The position numbers were made by a program, and so were the translations under genes. Source: an uncultured Deferribacteraceae bacterium (GTDB lineage: Bacteria > Chrysiogenota > Deferribacteres > CAMZNJ01). From it: a DNA stretch of 64,000 nt. Of the stretch, positions 9,048-19,666 are shown one piece after another (within the stretch, counting starts at the first letter, position 1; every line of letters begins with the position of its first letter). The notes beneath the pieces were generated by a model, which did no database searches, was not told the origin of the DNA, and saw nothing but the letters and a program-made list of their open reading frames with translations. The stretch is taken from NCBI GenBank assembly GCA_947313825.1, contig CAMZNJ010000055.1:480-64479 (forward strand), read 5' to 3'.

Positions 9048-9129
9048 AATTCGCTCTCCATAAATAAAACATTACTTCCGACAATAAGTCAACCAAAAAT
9101 ACGACAAGAACCTAAAGTAGAGCTTGAAA

Positions 9130-10086
9130 CTACCCCAGAGCGTCAAGCTTGGAGATATCATCAAGCTTGGAGATGCTTATGGCGGTTACGTTCGGATCGA
9201 TTTTCTTGATGAGACCCGTCAAAACAGAGCCTGAACCTATCTCGATGAACGTATCAACACCACTAGCAACAAGGTTGGTAATGGTATCTGTCCAACGAAC
9301 CGAACTCGTTACCTGAAGCTTCAACGCCGACTTTATCTCGTCAACATCAGACGACGAAACACCAGTAACGTTGCTCACAATGGGAACAGATGGTGCAGCA
9401 AACGTAAGCTTGTCCAAATATGGCGACATCTTCGCCTGAGCTCCAACCATCAGACTAGAGTGGAACGGGGCACTCACCGGCAACTTGATTACACGCTTCG
9501 CACCACGCTCTTTAATGGCAACACCAAACGACTCCAATGCAGAAAGATGACCAGATACAACAACCTGACCAGGGCAGTTGAAGTTCGCAACCTCAACCAC
9601 TGAATCTGAAGACGACATGGTACTAGCAACCTCTGAAACATCGCTGTCAGATGCACCCAAAATCGCCGACATACCGCCAACACCCGAAGGCACTGCACTC
9701 TGCATAAACGATCCGCGATGGTAAACAGCAAGCAAAGCAGACTCCAACGACAAAACACCACCAGCAACCAAGGCAGAGTATTCGCCAAGGGAATGACCAG
9801 CATAGTAAGAAACTCCTGAACCATCACCAAGGGACGCAATACGCGACCTAACATGCTCATGCAACGCCGTGCTAACAAGAACCATGGCAGGCTGAGTGTT
9901 TTGAGTGCTACCTAAAGCCTCCTTGTCCTCGCCAAACATTATCGACGTCAAGGAGTAGCCCAGAGACGAATCGGCACTATCGAAAAGGGCACGTATCTCA
10001 GGGGAAACGCTCTCAGATGTGTAAACATCATGACCCATGCCCAATACCTGAGAACCCTGACCAGGGAAAACAACTGCTATTTTCAT
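9130..10086 (-). CDS. fabD: Malonyl-CoA:ACP transacylase
   Basis: MKIAVVFPGQGSQ... with the GHSLGEYSAL active-site motif. The C-terminus carries an in-frame 18-nt tandem duplication (ISKLDDISKLDALG). Confidence 0.85.
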   Translation of the reverse strand: MKIAVVFPGQGSQVLGMGHDVYTSESVSPEIRALFDSADSSLGYSLTSIMFGEDKEALGSTQNTQPAMVLVSTALHEHVRSRIASLGDGSGVSYYAGHSLGEYSALVAGGVLSLESALLAVYHRGSFMQSAVPSGVGGMSAILGASDSDVSEVASTMSSSDSVVEVANFNCPGQVVVSGHLSALESFGVAIKERGAKRVIKLPVSAPFHSSLMVGAQAKMSPYLDKLTFAAPSVPIVSNVTGVSSSDVDEIKSALKLQVTSSVRWTDTITNLVASGVDTFIEIGSGSVLTGLIKKIDPNVTAISISKLDDISKLDALG

Positions 10087-10139
10087 AATAAAAACCACCA
10101 AAAATATAAAATCAAAAACAATACGTCAATAAAAATAAA

Positions 10140-11171
10140 TCAATACGTCAGCAGGAACGAACCGTAAGAGATACCACCACCAAGGGTCGCACCAACAACA
10201 TTGTCGCCACGCTTAATCTTACCAGAACGAATACCCTCATCCAAAACCGTTACAATACTAGCAGCGATAACGTTACCACGGCGATCAAGGTTGATGATAG
10301 CATTATCCATGTCAAGGTTTATCGCCTTGGCAGCAGCGGAAATAATGCGTATATTCGCCTGATGGGGAACAAACCAGTCCACATCCTCCAAACGCAACCC
10401 AGCACCGTGAATCGCCTCCTCAGTGATAGAAGCAAACTTACGCACAGCAAGCTTGTACATCGCCTGACCATCCATACCCAAGGGTGCATGGGTACAGCTA
10501 TCATCACCGTCGGCACAGCTGTTGCTCGCCTCGGGGGCGTTGGGAGCAAGAGCGTGTGTGGTTACGGGGGAGTTCGACTTCACGCCAACACCAAGGGTAA
10601 GCATGGACGCGTGGTACGGATCAGCACCAATGGACGAGTATCGCACACCGGGGGAGTTATCAGCGGAAAGAACAACAGCACCGGCACCGTCCCCGAATAG
10701 CACAACTGTACTACGATCTGTCCAGTCAAGTATGGAGGACGATTTATCCGCAGCGATTAGGAGAAGGTTTTTCGCCGAGCCCCCTTCAATCATCATCTTC
10801 CCCATGTGTAGGGCGTAGCTGAAGCCGGAGCAGGCGGCGGAAAGATCGTAGCCGAAGCAGCCGTTTTTGATACCGAGGCGACCGATGAGTGCACAGGCAT
10901 TGCTGGGCATCATGGTGTCGGGGGTGATGGTCGCATAAATCACACCGTCAATACTCTCCAAACTAATACCCGAAGCCTTCACAGCCTTTTTCGCGGCATT
11001 CACAGCCATGTCAAGATTGGTTTCGTCCACAGCAATATGACGCGATAGGATACCTGTACGAGTGCGTATCCACTCGTCATTCGTTTCTAGGAATGAGCTA
11101 AACTCGTCGTTTCGCATAACTCGAGGTGGAAAGTAAGACCCTGTGCCTGTAATTCTAGCATATTTTTTCAT
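10140..11171 (-). CDS. fabH: 3-oxoacyl-ACP synthase III
   Basis: KAS III fold with the ACSGF Cys motif and C-terminal GATLGGGISYGSFLLTY. Confidence 0.85.
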   Translation of the reverse strand: MKKYARITGTGSYFPPRVMRNDEFSSFLETNDEWIRTRTGILSRHIAVDETNLDMAVNAAKKAVKASGISLESIDGVIYATITPDTMMPSNACALIGRLGIKNGCFGYDLSAACSGFSYALHMGKMMIEGGSAKNLLLIAADKSSSILDWTDRSTVVLFGDGAGAVVLSADNSPGVRYSSIGADPYHASMLTLGVGVKSNSPVTTHALAPNAPEASNSCADGDDSCTHAPLGMDGQAMYKLAVRKFASITEEAIHGAGLRLEDVDWFVPHQANIRIISAAAKAINLDMDNAIINLDRRGNVIAASIVTVLDEGIRSGKIKRGDNVVGATLGGGISYGSFLLTY

Positions 11172-11187
11172 TATAATTGCACCTAGC

Positions 11188-12240
11188 TTAAATTGAGGGT
11201 GCAGTATCCATGGTATTTAGGTCGTTCAGATAGTCAACGGATTCGGATACCTCAGCATTAAGCTTCCCAATAATATCTTTTTTCGACAGGTGTTCGCACA
11301 TCTTGATACCGTTGGCAATGGCGAAAGCGTTGGCTGAGCCGTGCCCGATGATACTGATGCCATTGACCCCAAGAAACGGAGCACCGCCATAGCTATGGTA
11401 GTCTGCTTTTTTGGAGAATGCACGCAACGCACGAAACATGAATAACGCCCCTATCCATGCAAGGGGATCGTATTTTATCTGCCCTTTGATGGACGACATT
11501 GCCATCTTGCCAACAGATTCGGTTATTTTGAGGGTAATATTGCCAGTGAAACCGTCGCAAACAACAACGTCTGCACCGTCGAGGTAGAACTGTTTCGCCT
11601 CAACATTGCCAACGAAATTAATAGCACCCTCTTTGCCCAATTCGCTGAGCATAATGTGGGAGCGTTTGGTAAGATCGTTACCTTTAACAGCCTCTTCCCC
11701 AATATTGAGGAGTCCGACGGTGGGTTTCTCCACACCTTTGAGAAGGCTGAAATAAACAGAGCCCATTACGCCGAACTGAAGAAGGTTCAGGGGTTTGCAG
11801 TCAACGTTGGCACCAAGATCGAGGATGAGGGATTCACCTTGCATGGTCGGCAGCATGGTCGCAATGGCTGGACGGTCGATACCGTTGATGCGTCGAAGAA
11901 TCATCAGTGAGCAAGCCATGACCGCACCAGTATTGCCGGCACTGTAAAAACCGCTCGCAAGCCCCTCTTTCACGAGCCCAAGACCGACGTGCACAGATGA
12001 CTGACGTTTCCCACGCAAAACTTTGGCGGGCTGATCATCCATGGTAATTACTTCGTCGGCGTGATAGATTTCGAATGTGCCTGAGGGGAGTTTCGGATAT
12101 TTACGCAGTTCAATCTCGATAACTTCAGTATCGCCAACAAGGATAGATCGTACCTTATATTTTTTGGCAGCTAAAACAGCTCCCTTGATAACAACAGAGG
12201 GACCACCATCGCCACCCATAACATCTACTGCTACTCGCAT
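11188..12240 (-). CDS. plsX: Phosphate acyltransferase PlsX
   Basis: MRVAVDVMGGDGGP... is typical PlsX. Its position between rpmF and fabH matches the conserved order. Confidence 0.9.
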   Translation of the reverse strand: MRVAVDVMGGDGGPSVVIKGAVLAAKKYKVRSILVGDTEVIEIELRKYPKLPSGTFEIYHADEVITMDDQPAKVLRGKRQSSVHVGLGLVKEGLASGFYSAGNTGAVMACSLMILRRINGIDRPAIATMLPTMQGESLILDLGANVDCKPLNLLQFGVMGSVYFSLLKGVEKPTVGLLNIGEEAVKGNDLTKRSHIMLSELGKEGAINFVGNVEAKQFYLDGADVVVCDGFTGNITLKITESVGKMAMSSIKGQIKYDPLAWIGALFMFRALRAFSKKADYHSYGGAPFLGVNGISIIGHGSANAFAIANGIKMCEHLSKKDIIGKLNAEVSESVDYLNDLNTMDTAPSI

Positions 12241-12262
12241 ATTAATAGTTGAGGTGAATAGC

Positions 12263-12436
12263 TTACTGAGCTATCACCGCTTTCCCTTTATAATAGCCAC
12301 ATGATGGGCATACGGTATGAGGTACAACAAGCTCACTACAGTTTGTGCATTTGGTTGGCGTAACGATTATAGCCCTATGATGGCTACGTCTGTTGTTGCG
12401 AACCCTTCTGCTTGTTTTCTTCTTTGGATTAGGCAT
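12263..12436 (-). CDS. rpmF: 50S ribosomal protein L32
   Basis: Missing from the ORF track because it is shorter than 60 aa. Manual translation of the minus strand gives MPNPKKKTSRRVRNNRRSHHRAIIVTPTKCTNCSELVVPHTVCPSCGYYKGKAVIAQ*, preceded by a GGAGG ribosome-binding site. The coordinates carry about 1 nt of uncertainty. Confidence 0.8.
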   Translation of the reverse strand: MPNPKKKTSRRVRNNRRSHHRAIIVTPTKCTNCSELVVPHTVCPSCGYYKGKAVIAQ

Positions 12437-12636
12437 AACAAGCCTCCTACAGCGTGTATTTATTTATAAAAACAGCAACCATGCATACAAAAATGAGATG
12501 CAGGTGGCTTCCGTCAATACTTCAGTTCAAAACCTTAAGTTTATCAAGGTGTTACATTGTACACCAGTTTTTAAATAAAATCAAATTATAATCCCTGCCG
12601 ACCTCAAACGCTACCAATAACGGGGCTCCAAGCCTA

Positions 12637-13269
12637 CTACGAACTACTATCGCGATCCTCTCGTTTGCCCAAAGCCTCGCCAAGATTTTTAAACGGCGTA
12701 CGGACATCCTCTTTGCCAAAACCGGAATCATCCCCTGAAACGTAATCCCCCACTGATGCACAATCCGGGGAGCAAACATAACGATAAGGGAGGTTCAGCA
12801 TGAGCTCTTCGCCGATAATATCCCAAGGATCAAACTCCTCGGAATCAACAATATAATACTCTGAGTCGTTATTGTCCTCGCCAGCTAAGCCATCGGTATC
12901 GTCAACGTCAACGTCGCCTTCACCAGAACCAGAACCAGAACCGTAACCATAACTATAGTGTTCCTCAGTGCCAGCTTCAAACATGGACTCAGAAAAACCA
13001 CCGCCAGCCTCGAAACTTACGTAAACCTCGAGCTCAACAGAAGAACAATGGGTAAAACCCGCAAAACACCTGTCGCACACAGTGGGCATAGAGTATTCCA
13101 GCTTACCCGCCAAAATGGCACTCGTGGACGAAACACCCCTCGCAACACCAACAAATGTGGCAGAAAACACACCAACACCATCAACATCGAGGCTGTTGGA
13201 CAGATCAAGATCCTCTTGACCGGTATTACTGTCGTACAAGCTTGCGAAGTCTATCATCATCACCACCAC
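12637..13269 (-). CDS. yceD: DUF177/YceD-family protein (large ribosomal subunit accumulation protein), with an acidic GSGSGS/D-rich insert
   Basis: Its position upstream of rpmF-plsX matches the conserved yceD context. Cys pairs (VCDRC..HC and VCSPDCAS) and the tail TPFKNLGEAL are present. Confidence 0.6.
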   Translation of the reverse strand: MVVMMIDFASLYDSNTGQEDLDLSNSLDVDGVGVFSATFVGVARGVSSTSAILAGKLEYSMPTVCDRCFAGFTHCSSVELEVYVSFEAGGGFSESMFEAGTEEHYSYGYGSGSGSGEGDVDVDDTDGLAGEDNNDSEYYIVDSEEFDPWDIIGEELMLNLPYRYVCSPDCASVGDYVSGDDSGFGKEDVRTPFKNLGEALGKREDRDSSS

Positions 13270-13550
13270 CGTGCACCGTGCCCCTTACTTATTGAATTGA
13301 ATCACAACAGCTAAGTTATCAGCTTTAGCAATAACCTTAATTTTACAACCATACCGACCAAGCTGTCAAGATAAATAAATCCAACAACAAAAAGAGATGA
13401 CCACAAATACAAAAAATAACACCAAAACCTACACCGCAACGCAGGAAAGCCCTCGACAGCGGAACTTATCCACCACCGAAGGCTTCCCTAATCGTGCATC
13501 GTCCAGAGGTACAAACTAGCGATTTACATAACGCCAATCAGCACTCCAAA

Positions 13551-15104
13551 CTATTTCGAACCAAGAATAACGTTGATACGGTTTTTAATATTGTCCGACC
13601 TTGTGCCGTAAACAATCTGCACGCCGTTACCAATAATATGGTGCTTGCCACCGGATACAGCTTTCAGCTTGTCCATATCGATATTCGCAGCCGAAACAAC
13701 TGTAATACGCAAACGTGTAATGCATGCATCAACATTCTTCAAGTTGCTCAAACCGCCCAATGCCTCGATAACACTGTCCGCAACGTTCTCTGTCTCTGAA
13801 CCGCTGGACGAAACATCAGCCGCATCAACAACCTCATCACGACGACCAGGGGTAGCAAGGTCGAACTTCACAATAATGAAACGGAAACCGAAGTAGTAAA
13901 TAACCGAGTAGAATACTCCAACAACAGGAATCATCATCCAGTTAGTACGATCCTGACCCTGCAATATGCCGAATAGAGTCAAGTCGATTATACCACCCGA
14001 AAACGTTTGACCAACTGTTACGTTGAAGTAGTCCATGAGCATGAACGACAACCCCGCAAACAAAGCGTGTACAACGTAAAGAAGGGGAGCAACAAACAGG
14101 AACAAGAACTCTATGGGCTCAGTAATACCTGTAACAAACGCTGTCAATGCTGCCGAAAACAGAATACCACCAACAACCTTGCGATGCTTAAGCATGGACG
14201 TATGATACATAGCAAGAGCAGCTGCCGGAAGACCGAATATCATAAACGGCATCTTTCCTGCCATGAAACGTGAAGTCCCCTCATAGAAAGGACCTGTGCC
14301 GTGATCAGCTAGCTGAGCAAAGAAAATATTCTGAGTACCAACATAAACATGACCACCAACCTCAAGGGTACCACCAACAGCCGTCTGCCAGAAAGGAAGG
14401 TAGAAAACATGGTGCAAACCGAATGGAATCAACGAACGCTCAATGAAACCATAAAGGAATGTTCCTGCAAGTCCGCTAGAAAGAACAAGGGAGCCCAAAC
14501 CCTCAATACCGGTCTGAACGAACGGCCATACTATTGTGGCAATATAACCAACAAACAGGAATGTGAACGATACGACGATGGGAACAAAACGAGTACCACC
14601 GAAGAACGCCAACGCTTGTGGCAATTCAACATCGTAAAACTTATTGTGCAGTGCCGCAGTAATGAAACCAGCGATAATACCACCAAAAACACCCATCTCA
14701 AGGGTCTGGATACCAAGAACACTACCCTGACCAACAGATGCCAAACCTTCAGTTGCCAAGTTGCCCTGAATACCAAGAACAGCGTTGATTGTTTGGTGCA
14801 TCACCAAAAAACCGATGGCAGCAGCCAAAGCAGATGTACCACGCTCCTGCTTAGCAAAACCGATGGCAACACCGATGGCAAACAACAGGGGCAGGTTCGC
14901 AAAAACAACTACACCGGTTTTTGTCATAACGGTAAAGATGGCTTGCATCACCGCAACATCAAGAACAGGGTAGGCAACAATCGTGTTGGGGTTGGATAGT
15001 GCACCACCAATTCCCAACAAAAGACCTGCCGCTGGCAATAACGCAATGGGCAGCATAAACGAACGACCGACCTGCTGCATAATTACAAAAAATTGAGCTC
15101 TCAT
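13551..15104 (-). CDS. PTS glucose/GlcNAc-family transporter subunit EIICB
   Basis: A multi-TM EIIC with the QQVGRSFMLPIALLPAAGLLLGIG N-terminus, and a C-terminal EIIB with the CITRLR phospho-Cys motif. The start is taken at M20 of the listed ORF. Confidence 0.8.
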   Translation of the reverse strand: MRAQFFVIMQQVGRSFMLPIALLPAAGLLLGIGGALSNPNTIVAYPVLDVAVMQAIFTVMTKTGVVVFANLPLLFAIGVAIGFAKQERGTSALAAAIGFLVMHQTINAVLGIQGNLATEGLASVGQGSVLGIQTLEMGVFGGIIAGFITAALHNKFYDVELPQALAFFGGTRFVPIVVSFTFLFVGYIATIVWPFVQTGIEGLGSLVLSSGLAGTFLYGFIERSLIPFGLHHVFYLPFWQTAVGGTLEVGGHVYVGTQNIFFAQLADHGTGPFYEGTSRFMAGKMPFMIFGLPAAALAMYHTSMLKHRKVVGGILFSAALTAFVTGITEPIEFLFLFVAPLLYVVHALFAGLSFMLMDYFNVTVGQTFSGGIIDLTLFGILQGQDRTNWMMIPVVGVFYSVIYYFGFRFIIVKFDLATPGRRDEVVDAADVSSSGSETENVADSVIEALGGLSNLKNVDACITRLRITVVSAANIDMDKLKAVSGGKHHIIGNGVQIVYGTRSDNIKNRINVILGSK

Positions 15105-15580
15105 ACTTCTTCCTCCTAATAAACAAAAATGTACTAAGACTATTAGATTTGCAAAGAACAATATAACACCAAACTAGTACTAAATTGTAATTGCGAAGCC
15201 ATACCAGCTCTCTGCACTACCTGAGGGTATCTTATAAGATATTACAAGGCGTGTCAACAGGGGCAAGACATACCCAAGAATATAGAACAGTGTTTTGTGT
15301 TAGATATTTATACCGTATGTTTTGAAAAATAAAAAAGGAAGAAAGAGGGAGAATTCTATCGCCAAGGGGCAATTTTCCCGCCAATTCGTAAATATAAAGG
15401 GAGCCCGCCATTAGCATTCAGTAGAAATAAAAATTAGATAACAATAAGTACTCTGGGAGCTACCGAATAGCAACCGACCCACTTTTTAAACATGGGAAAG
15501 CACCACTGCACAAGGGTATTACCCCCATACAGCGATGCTTTCTTAGAAAATTAGGAGCATGCAGTATTATAAACAAACTT

Positions 15581-17299
15581 TTATTTATAAACTACATCGC
15601 CATTATTGTTATACATATCCACATCCACGGGTGAGTGCTCTGTTAGGTACTGCATGAGCACCTCTGCGTCAACAAACCCTGTGTTTACGTATGTTGGGTG
15701 GTCAGAGAGTTTGGGGTAACCATCGCCACCAGCGGCGTTGAAGCTAGGCACAGCTAGGCGGTATGTTTTCCCCATGTCGATGGGTTCCCCGCCTATCTTA
15801 ACGTTGCTCACTCCGCTACCGTCGGCAACAAATGAAACGCCGGCAAACTGTGCGAATCCACCTGATCCTGCTGGGATATTTGCGACAACAGCTAAGTAGT
15901 CCATAACTTCTTTGCCGGTGAGGTCAGCGTATGTGATGATGTTGCCGAATGGTTGGACGATGAGTACGTCGCGATAGGTAACGTCCCCTGCAGGGATGGA
16001 GTCCCTTACTCCGCCGGAGTTCATTACGCCGATGTCGGCATTGGCACGTTCCATTTGTGCTACTGCGATGAGGTGTCCGAGGTTGGTTGGTTGCAGTCTG
16101 ACAACACTTCTATCCCCTTCGAGTTTGCCGTTGATTGATGCTTTGACAACATTGAGTTCGTCGCTTCCTTTGTCTTGGAATGGTTTGAGGAATGCTAGCA
16201 TGTCGGCGTCTTCCATGATTTCGTCTTGGATGAAGACACGTTGTGTTTCGCCGTCAATTTCCACTTTCTTTTTGAGGTTAACGGGTATGAGTTGGTAGTT
16301 GGTGAGAGTGAGTTCGCCGTCTTTGAACTGGAAGTCGGCACGTCCTACGTATTTGCCCCATTCGTGTGCTTGCACAATCCATGCACCGTTTTGGAAGTCG
16401 GGCATGCATTCGTCGCCGGGTTTGTAGCCTTTGTTGACAACGTTTGGAGCTTCCATGCAGAGTGGTTCTTGTGAGTGTCCGCCCACGATCATGTCTAGGT
16501 CGCCTTCAGTTACGTACTGTGCTAGTGCCACGTCTCCCATTTGCATATTGCCGTCGTAGTGTCCCATGTGGGTTGCGGCGAAGATGAGGTCGGGTTGTTC
16601 GTCTTGTTTTAGTTTGGCGATGACTTTTACTGCTTCAGCTTTGGGATCGCGGAATTCTATTCCGACTGTGTATTCGGGGTTACCGATGGTTGCAGTGGTT
16701 TCGGTGGTTAGTCCGATTACGGCGATTTTGATACCTTGTTGCATGAAGATGGCGTAGGGTTGGAACATGCGTTCGCCGGTTTCTTTGTCGTAAATGTTTG
16801 CTGAGAGTAGAGGGAAGTCTGCCCATTCTTCTTGTTTTTTGAGTGTTTCTAGTGGGTTGTCGAATTCGTGGTTACCGATGGCCATTGCGTCGTAGCCTAG
16901 TTTGGTCATCCCTTTGAAGTCTGGTTCGGCGTCTAGTAGGTCGGATTCAGGCACACCTGTGTTGATGTCGCCGCCGGATAGTAGTAGTAGTGAGCCGCCG
17001 TTGGCGTCAACTTCTGCTCTAAGGGAGTCGATGAGTGTTTTGCGTGCTGCCATTCCGTATTCGCCGTTGTTGTTTTGCCAGAATCGTCCATGGTGGTCGT
17101 TGGTGTGTAGAACGGTGAGGTTGTAGGTTACTCCTTTTTCCCATGTTTGTGTGCTTTCGGGCTTATTTTTGGTACATGCCACAGTTGTTGCGAGGGCGAC
17201 TGTGATTATGCTTCCTAGTAGTAGAGTGTTGAGTATTTTGTTTCGGGGTTGCGTAGTGCTGTTCCCCTTGCTGGTGCTAACCGAAAAACCTAGTTTCAT
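15581..17299 (-). CDS. Bifunctional 5'-nucleotidase/UDP-sugar hydrolase family lipoprotein (UshA-like)
   Basis: A signal peptide with lipobox-like TVAC is followed by metallophosphatase motifs LHTNDHHG and GNHEFD and a C-terminal 5'-nucleotidase domain. Confidence 0.8.
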   Translation of the reverse strand: MKLGFSVSTSKGNSTTQPRNKILNTLLLGSIITVALATTVACTKNKPESTQTWEKGVTYNLTVLHTNDHHGRFWQNNNGEYGMAARKTLIDSLRAEVDANGGSLLLLSGGDINTGVPESDLLDAEPDFKGMTKLGYDAMAIGNHEFDNPLETLKKQEEWADFPLLSANIYDKETGERMFQPYAIFMQQGIKIAVIGLTTETTATIGNPEYTVGIEFRDPKAEAVKVIAKLKQDEQPDLIFAATHMGHYDGNMQMGDVALAQYVTEGDLDMIVGGHSQEPLCMEAPNVVNKGYKPGDECMPDFQNGAWIVQAHEWGKYVGRADFQFKDGELTLTNYQLIPVNLKKKVEIDGETQRVFIQDEIMEDADMLAFLKPFQDKGSDELNVVKASINGKLEGDRSVVRLQPTNLGHLIAVAQMERANADIGVMNSGGVRDSIPAGDVTYRDVLIVQPFGNIITYADLTGKEVMDYLAVVANIPAGSGGFAQFAGVSFVADGSGVSNVKIGGEPIDMGKTYRLAVPSFNAAGGDGYPKLSDHPTYVNTGFVDAEVLMQYLTEHSPVDVDMYNNNGDVVYK

Positions 17300-17420
17300 G
17301 TATATCTCCTATGTTTTATTATTCGCCTAGTTGCCGTCATGCTCAGGTTTTGCAGAGGAATAAAGGCAAAGGCGTTTTATAAATATTTATCTCTACGCAT
17401 CACCATTAATACACACGTAA

Positions 17421-17449
17421 ATACTATCATAGTTGCAACTTTAAGTCAA
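17421..17449 (-). promoter_or_regulatory. Candidate sigma70-type promoter for the UshA-like gene (-35 TTGACT, 17-bp spacer, -10 TAGTAT on the minus strand)
   Basis: Read directly: plus-strand agtcaa at 17444-17449 and atacta at 17421-17426, about 120 nt upstream of the start codon. Confidence 0.35.
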
Positions 17450-17537
17450 TAATATTTTCCAACGCCGAAACATGGCAAATGGTGTTTTCAGAAAATAATT
17501 ACTATTCGTGGGTTTTGTTATATTTTTGCAAAAATAC

Positions 17538-18479
17538 CTACGCTGTTACCTTGGCGAACAGTGTTCGAACGTTCTTCTCTGTTTGGCGAACAATCTCTTC
17601 CATTGATACCCCTTTTACGCGTGCAACGGTGTAGGCTGTGTAGATTGTGTTGTGTGGTTTGTTCCCTTGTCCGCGGAACGGTGATGGTGTTAGGTATGGT
17701 GCGTCTGTTTCCACTAGGATGAGTTCCATGGGTGTGTTGGCGATATCTTCGCGAATGAGTTCGGCGTTTTTGAATGTTGCGTTCCCTGCGTATGACACGT
17801 GGAAGTTGTTTTCGAGGCACCATTTTAGGAGTTCGGCGTTTCCGGGGAAGCAGTGCATGACTCCCCCTTTGCATTTCGGGTGCGAGGTGTATGTTTCCTG
17901 CAGTATTTTCATTGTGTCTGTGTGTGCGTCGCGGTTGTGTATTGCCACGGGCAAACCTGTTTGCAATGCGACTTCTAGTTGTTCGCGGAATGCTTGTTGT
18001 TGTAGTGTTTTGCTTGGTGCGTTGTCGTAATGGTAGTCTAGCCCTATTTCGCCAATACCTACAACTCCATCTTGTTTTGCTAGTATTGCGAGTTGTTCTG
18101 CGTCTGTTGTTGTGTAGTTGAATACGTCTGAGGGGTGCAGTCCTACTGTGGCGTAAACATGTAAGTCGTCCCTGTTTTTGTTGGTATTGACGTACTTTAC
18201 TAGTTCGATGTTTTGCTGTGAGTCTTCCAAGCTGATGCCTATGGCTATGGTTCTGTTTACGCCGAGGTTGGCACCCTGCTCCAACACTTCCAACGCCTCA
18301 GCATAGGTGTCCATGTACGGTTTGACCATGTGTGCGTGCGTGTCTGTGAGGAATAGCCCCTGCTTGCCGAGTCTGGTCATCTCTTCGTGCAGTCTGATTA
18401 CCTCTGCTTTGTGTTGCTTCCCTAACAGTGTCGGTGCTTCGTTCCCCTCTGCACTTTTGCTTCCGGCATTGGTGGTCAT
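17538..18479 (-). CDS. tatD: TatD-family metal-dependent DNase/hydrolase
   Basis: The DTHAHM motif is present, with TIM-barrel hydrolase motifs (ETDAPY near the C-terminus). A GAGGGG ribosome-binding site lies 7 nt before the first ATG. Confidence 0.8.
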   Translation of the reverse strand: MTTNAGSKSAEGNEAPTLLGKQHKAEVIRLHEEMTRLGKQGLFLTDTHAHMVKPYMDTYAEALEVLEQGANLGVNRTIAIGISLEDSQQNIELVKYVNTNKNRDDLHVYATVGLHPSDVFNYTTTDAEQLAILAKQDGVVGIGEIGLDYHYDNAPSKTLQQQAFREQLEVALQTGLPVAIHNRDAHTDTMKILQETYTSHPKCKGGVMHCFPGNAELLKWCLENNFHVSYAGNATFKNAELIREDIANTPMELILVETDAPYLTPSPFRGQGNKPHNTIYTAYTVARVKGVSMEEIVRQTEKNVRTLFAKVTA

Positions 18480-18654
18480 GGTTGATCCCCTCGGCTAAGA
18501 TGGTGCTTGCCTAAATGGTGGTATTTTTATATAATGTTGTTGTTTAGGTGGCAGTGTGGTTTGCGGTAACGTCAACTGCACTCAACAGATATATAATACT
18601 TTGTTACGTCATTTTATTCAACACACAAATTCATAACACACGGTGGTAACAACC

Positions 18655-19587
18655 ATGATTACAACGCGGAAAGATACATCTATTCTCAGAAACCTAGGCA
18701 TACCCACCACTCCCATTACGTTTACAAAAATGAGTGGTAGTGGTAACGACTTTATTTTTATAAACCTTGTTGCCCACCCCATTGCTGATGAGTTCCGTAG
18801 TGAGATTGCCGTACTGTTGGCGGAGCGACGCATGTCTGTTGGTGCCGACGGTGTCATATTTTTGGAGCCACTGGACACCTCCAAAGGTGAGTTCAAGTGG
18901 TACTTTTACAACAACGACGGAAGTGTTGCCGAAATGTGTGGTAACGGTAGCCGTTGTGCTTTCGCATACGCAAGGGCACAGGGGTGGCTCAACGACGACG
19001 GAACGGGCACATTACACACCATTGCAGGGCTGATTCAGGGGCAGGCGTTCGACGAAAGGAACGTGCGTATTCGCATGGTTGAGTATCGCGACTACAACGA
19101 CAACGTTACCCTCCATGCCGAAGGTGCTGTTTTCGTTGGTGCAACGGTGGACACAGGTGTGCCCCATGTTGTTGTGCAGGTGGATGACGTGGACAACTTC
19201 GACGTACACACGTACGGTGCTGGCATACGGAACCACCCCCTCCTTGCACCACGAGGCTCCAACGTGAACTTCATGGAACGTGTGGACAACATCCATGGTG
19301 CAACTAGTGCCGGTGGGGGGAGCCTCTACCGTGTCCGCACGTTTGAACGTGGCGTTGAAGCCGAAACACTAGCATGCGGCACAGGGTTTTCCGCCGTGGG
19401 GGTACACCTCGTACTGTCAGGGCGATGCACCTCACCTGTTGCAATCAAAACATCCTGTGGCGACATCGTATGGGTTGCCGTGGAGCCCATGGACAATAAC
19501 CACAAAAACAACACAGGGGCAAAATACAACATCTACCTCAGGGGCGACGTGGACTTCATCTACGACGCAACGCTAAGGCTAACATAA
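18655..19587 (+). CDS. dapF: Diaminopimelate epimerase
   Basis: FTKMSGSGNDFIFIN is the DapF N-terminal motif, and the catalytic Cys pair (CGNGSRC, CGTGFSA) is present. The ATG at 18655 (GGTGG ribosome-binding site) is preferred over the GTG at 18643. Confidence 0.85.
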   Translation: MITTRKDTSILRNLGIPTTPITFTKMSGSGNDFIFINLVAHPIADEFRSEIAVLLAERRMSVGADGVIFLEPLDTSKGEFKWYFYNNDGSVAEMCGNGSRCAFAYARAQGWLNDDGTGTLHTIAGLIQGQAFDERNVRIRMVEYRDYNDNVTLHAEGAVFVGATVDTGVPHVVVQVDDVDNFDVHTYGAGIRNHPLLAPRGSNVNFMERVDNIHGATSAGGGSLYRVRTFERGVEAETLACGTGFSAVGVHLVLSGRCTSPVAIKTSCGDIVWVAVEPMDNNHKNNTGAKYNIYLRGDVDFIYDATLRLT

Positions 19588-19627
19588 CACAACGAACACA
19601 GCAACGAACACAGCAACGAACACAACC
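19588..19627. repeat. Short tandem repeat (CAACGAACACAG x3) in the dapF-dapA spacer
   Basis: Read directly from the sequence. Confidence 0.8.
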
Positions 19628-19666
19628 GCAATCATGCACAACAACCATACACAAAGGGGCAGACTC

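Noticed and set aside
15232-15417. 61-codon minus-strand ORF in the PTS upstream leader
   Set aside because: It has no ribosome-binding site, no conserved motif, and an unusual composition relative to neighbouring genes. It was kept only as part of the noncoding-leader observation.
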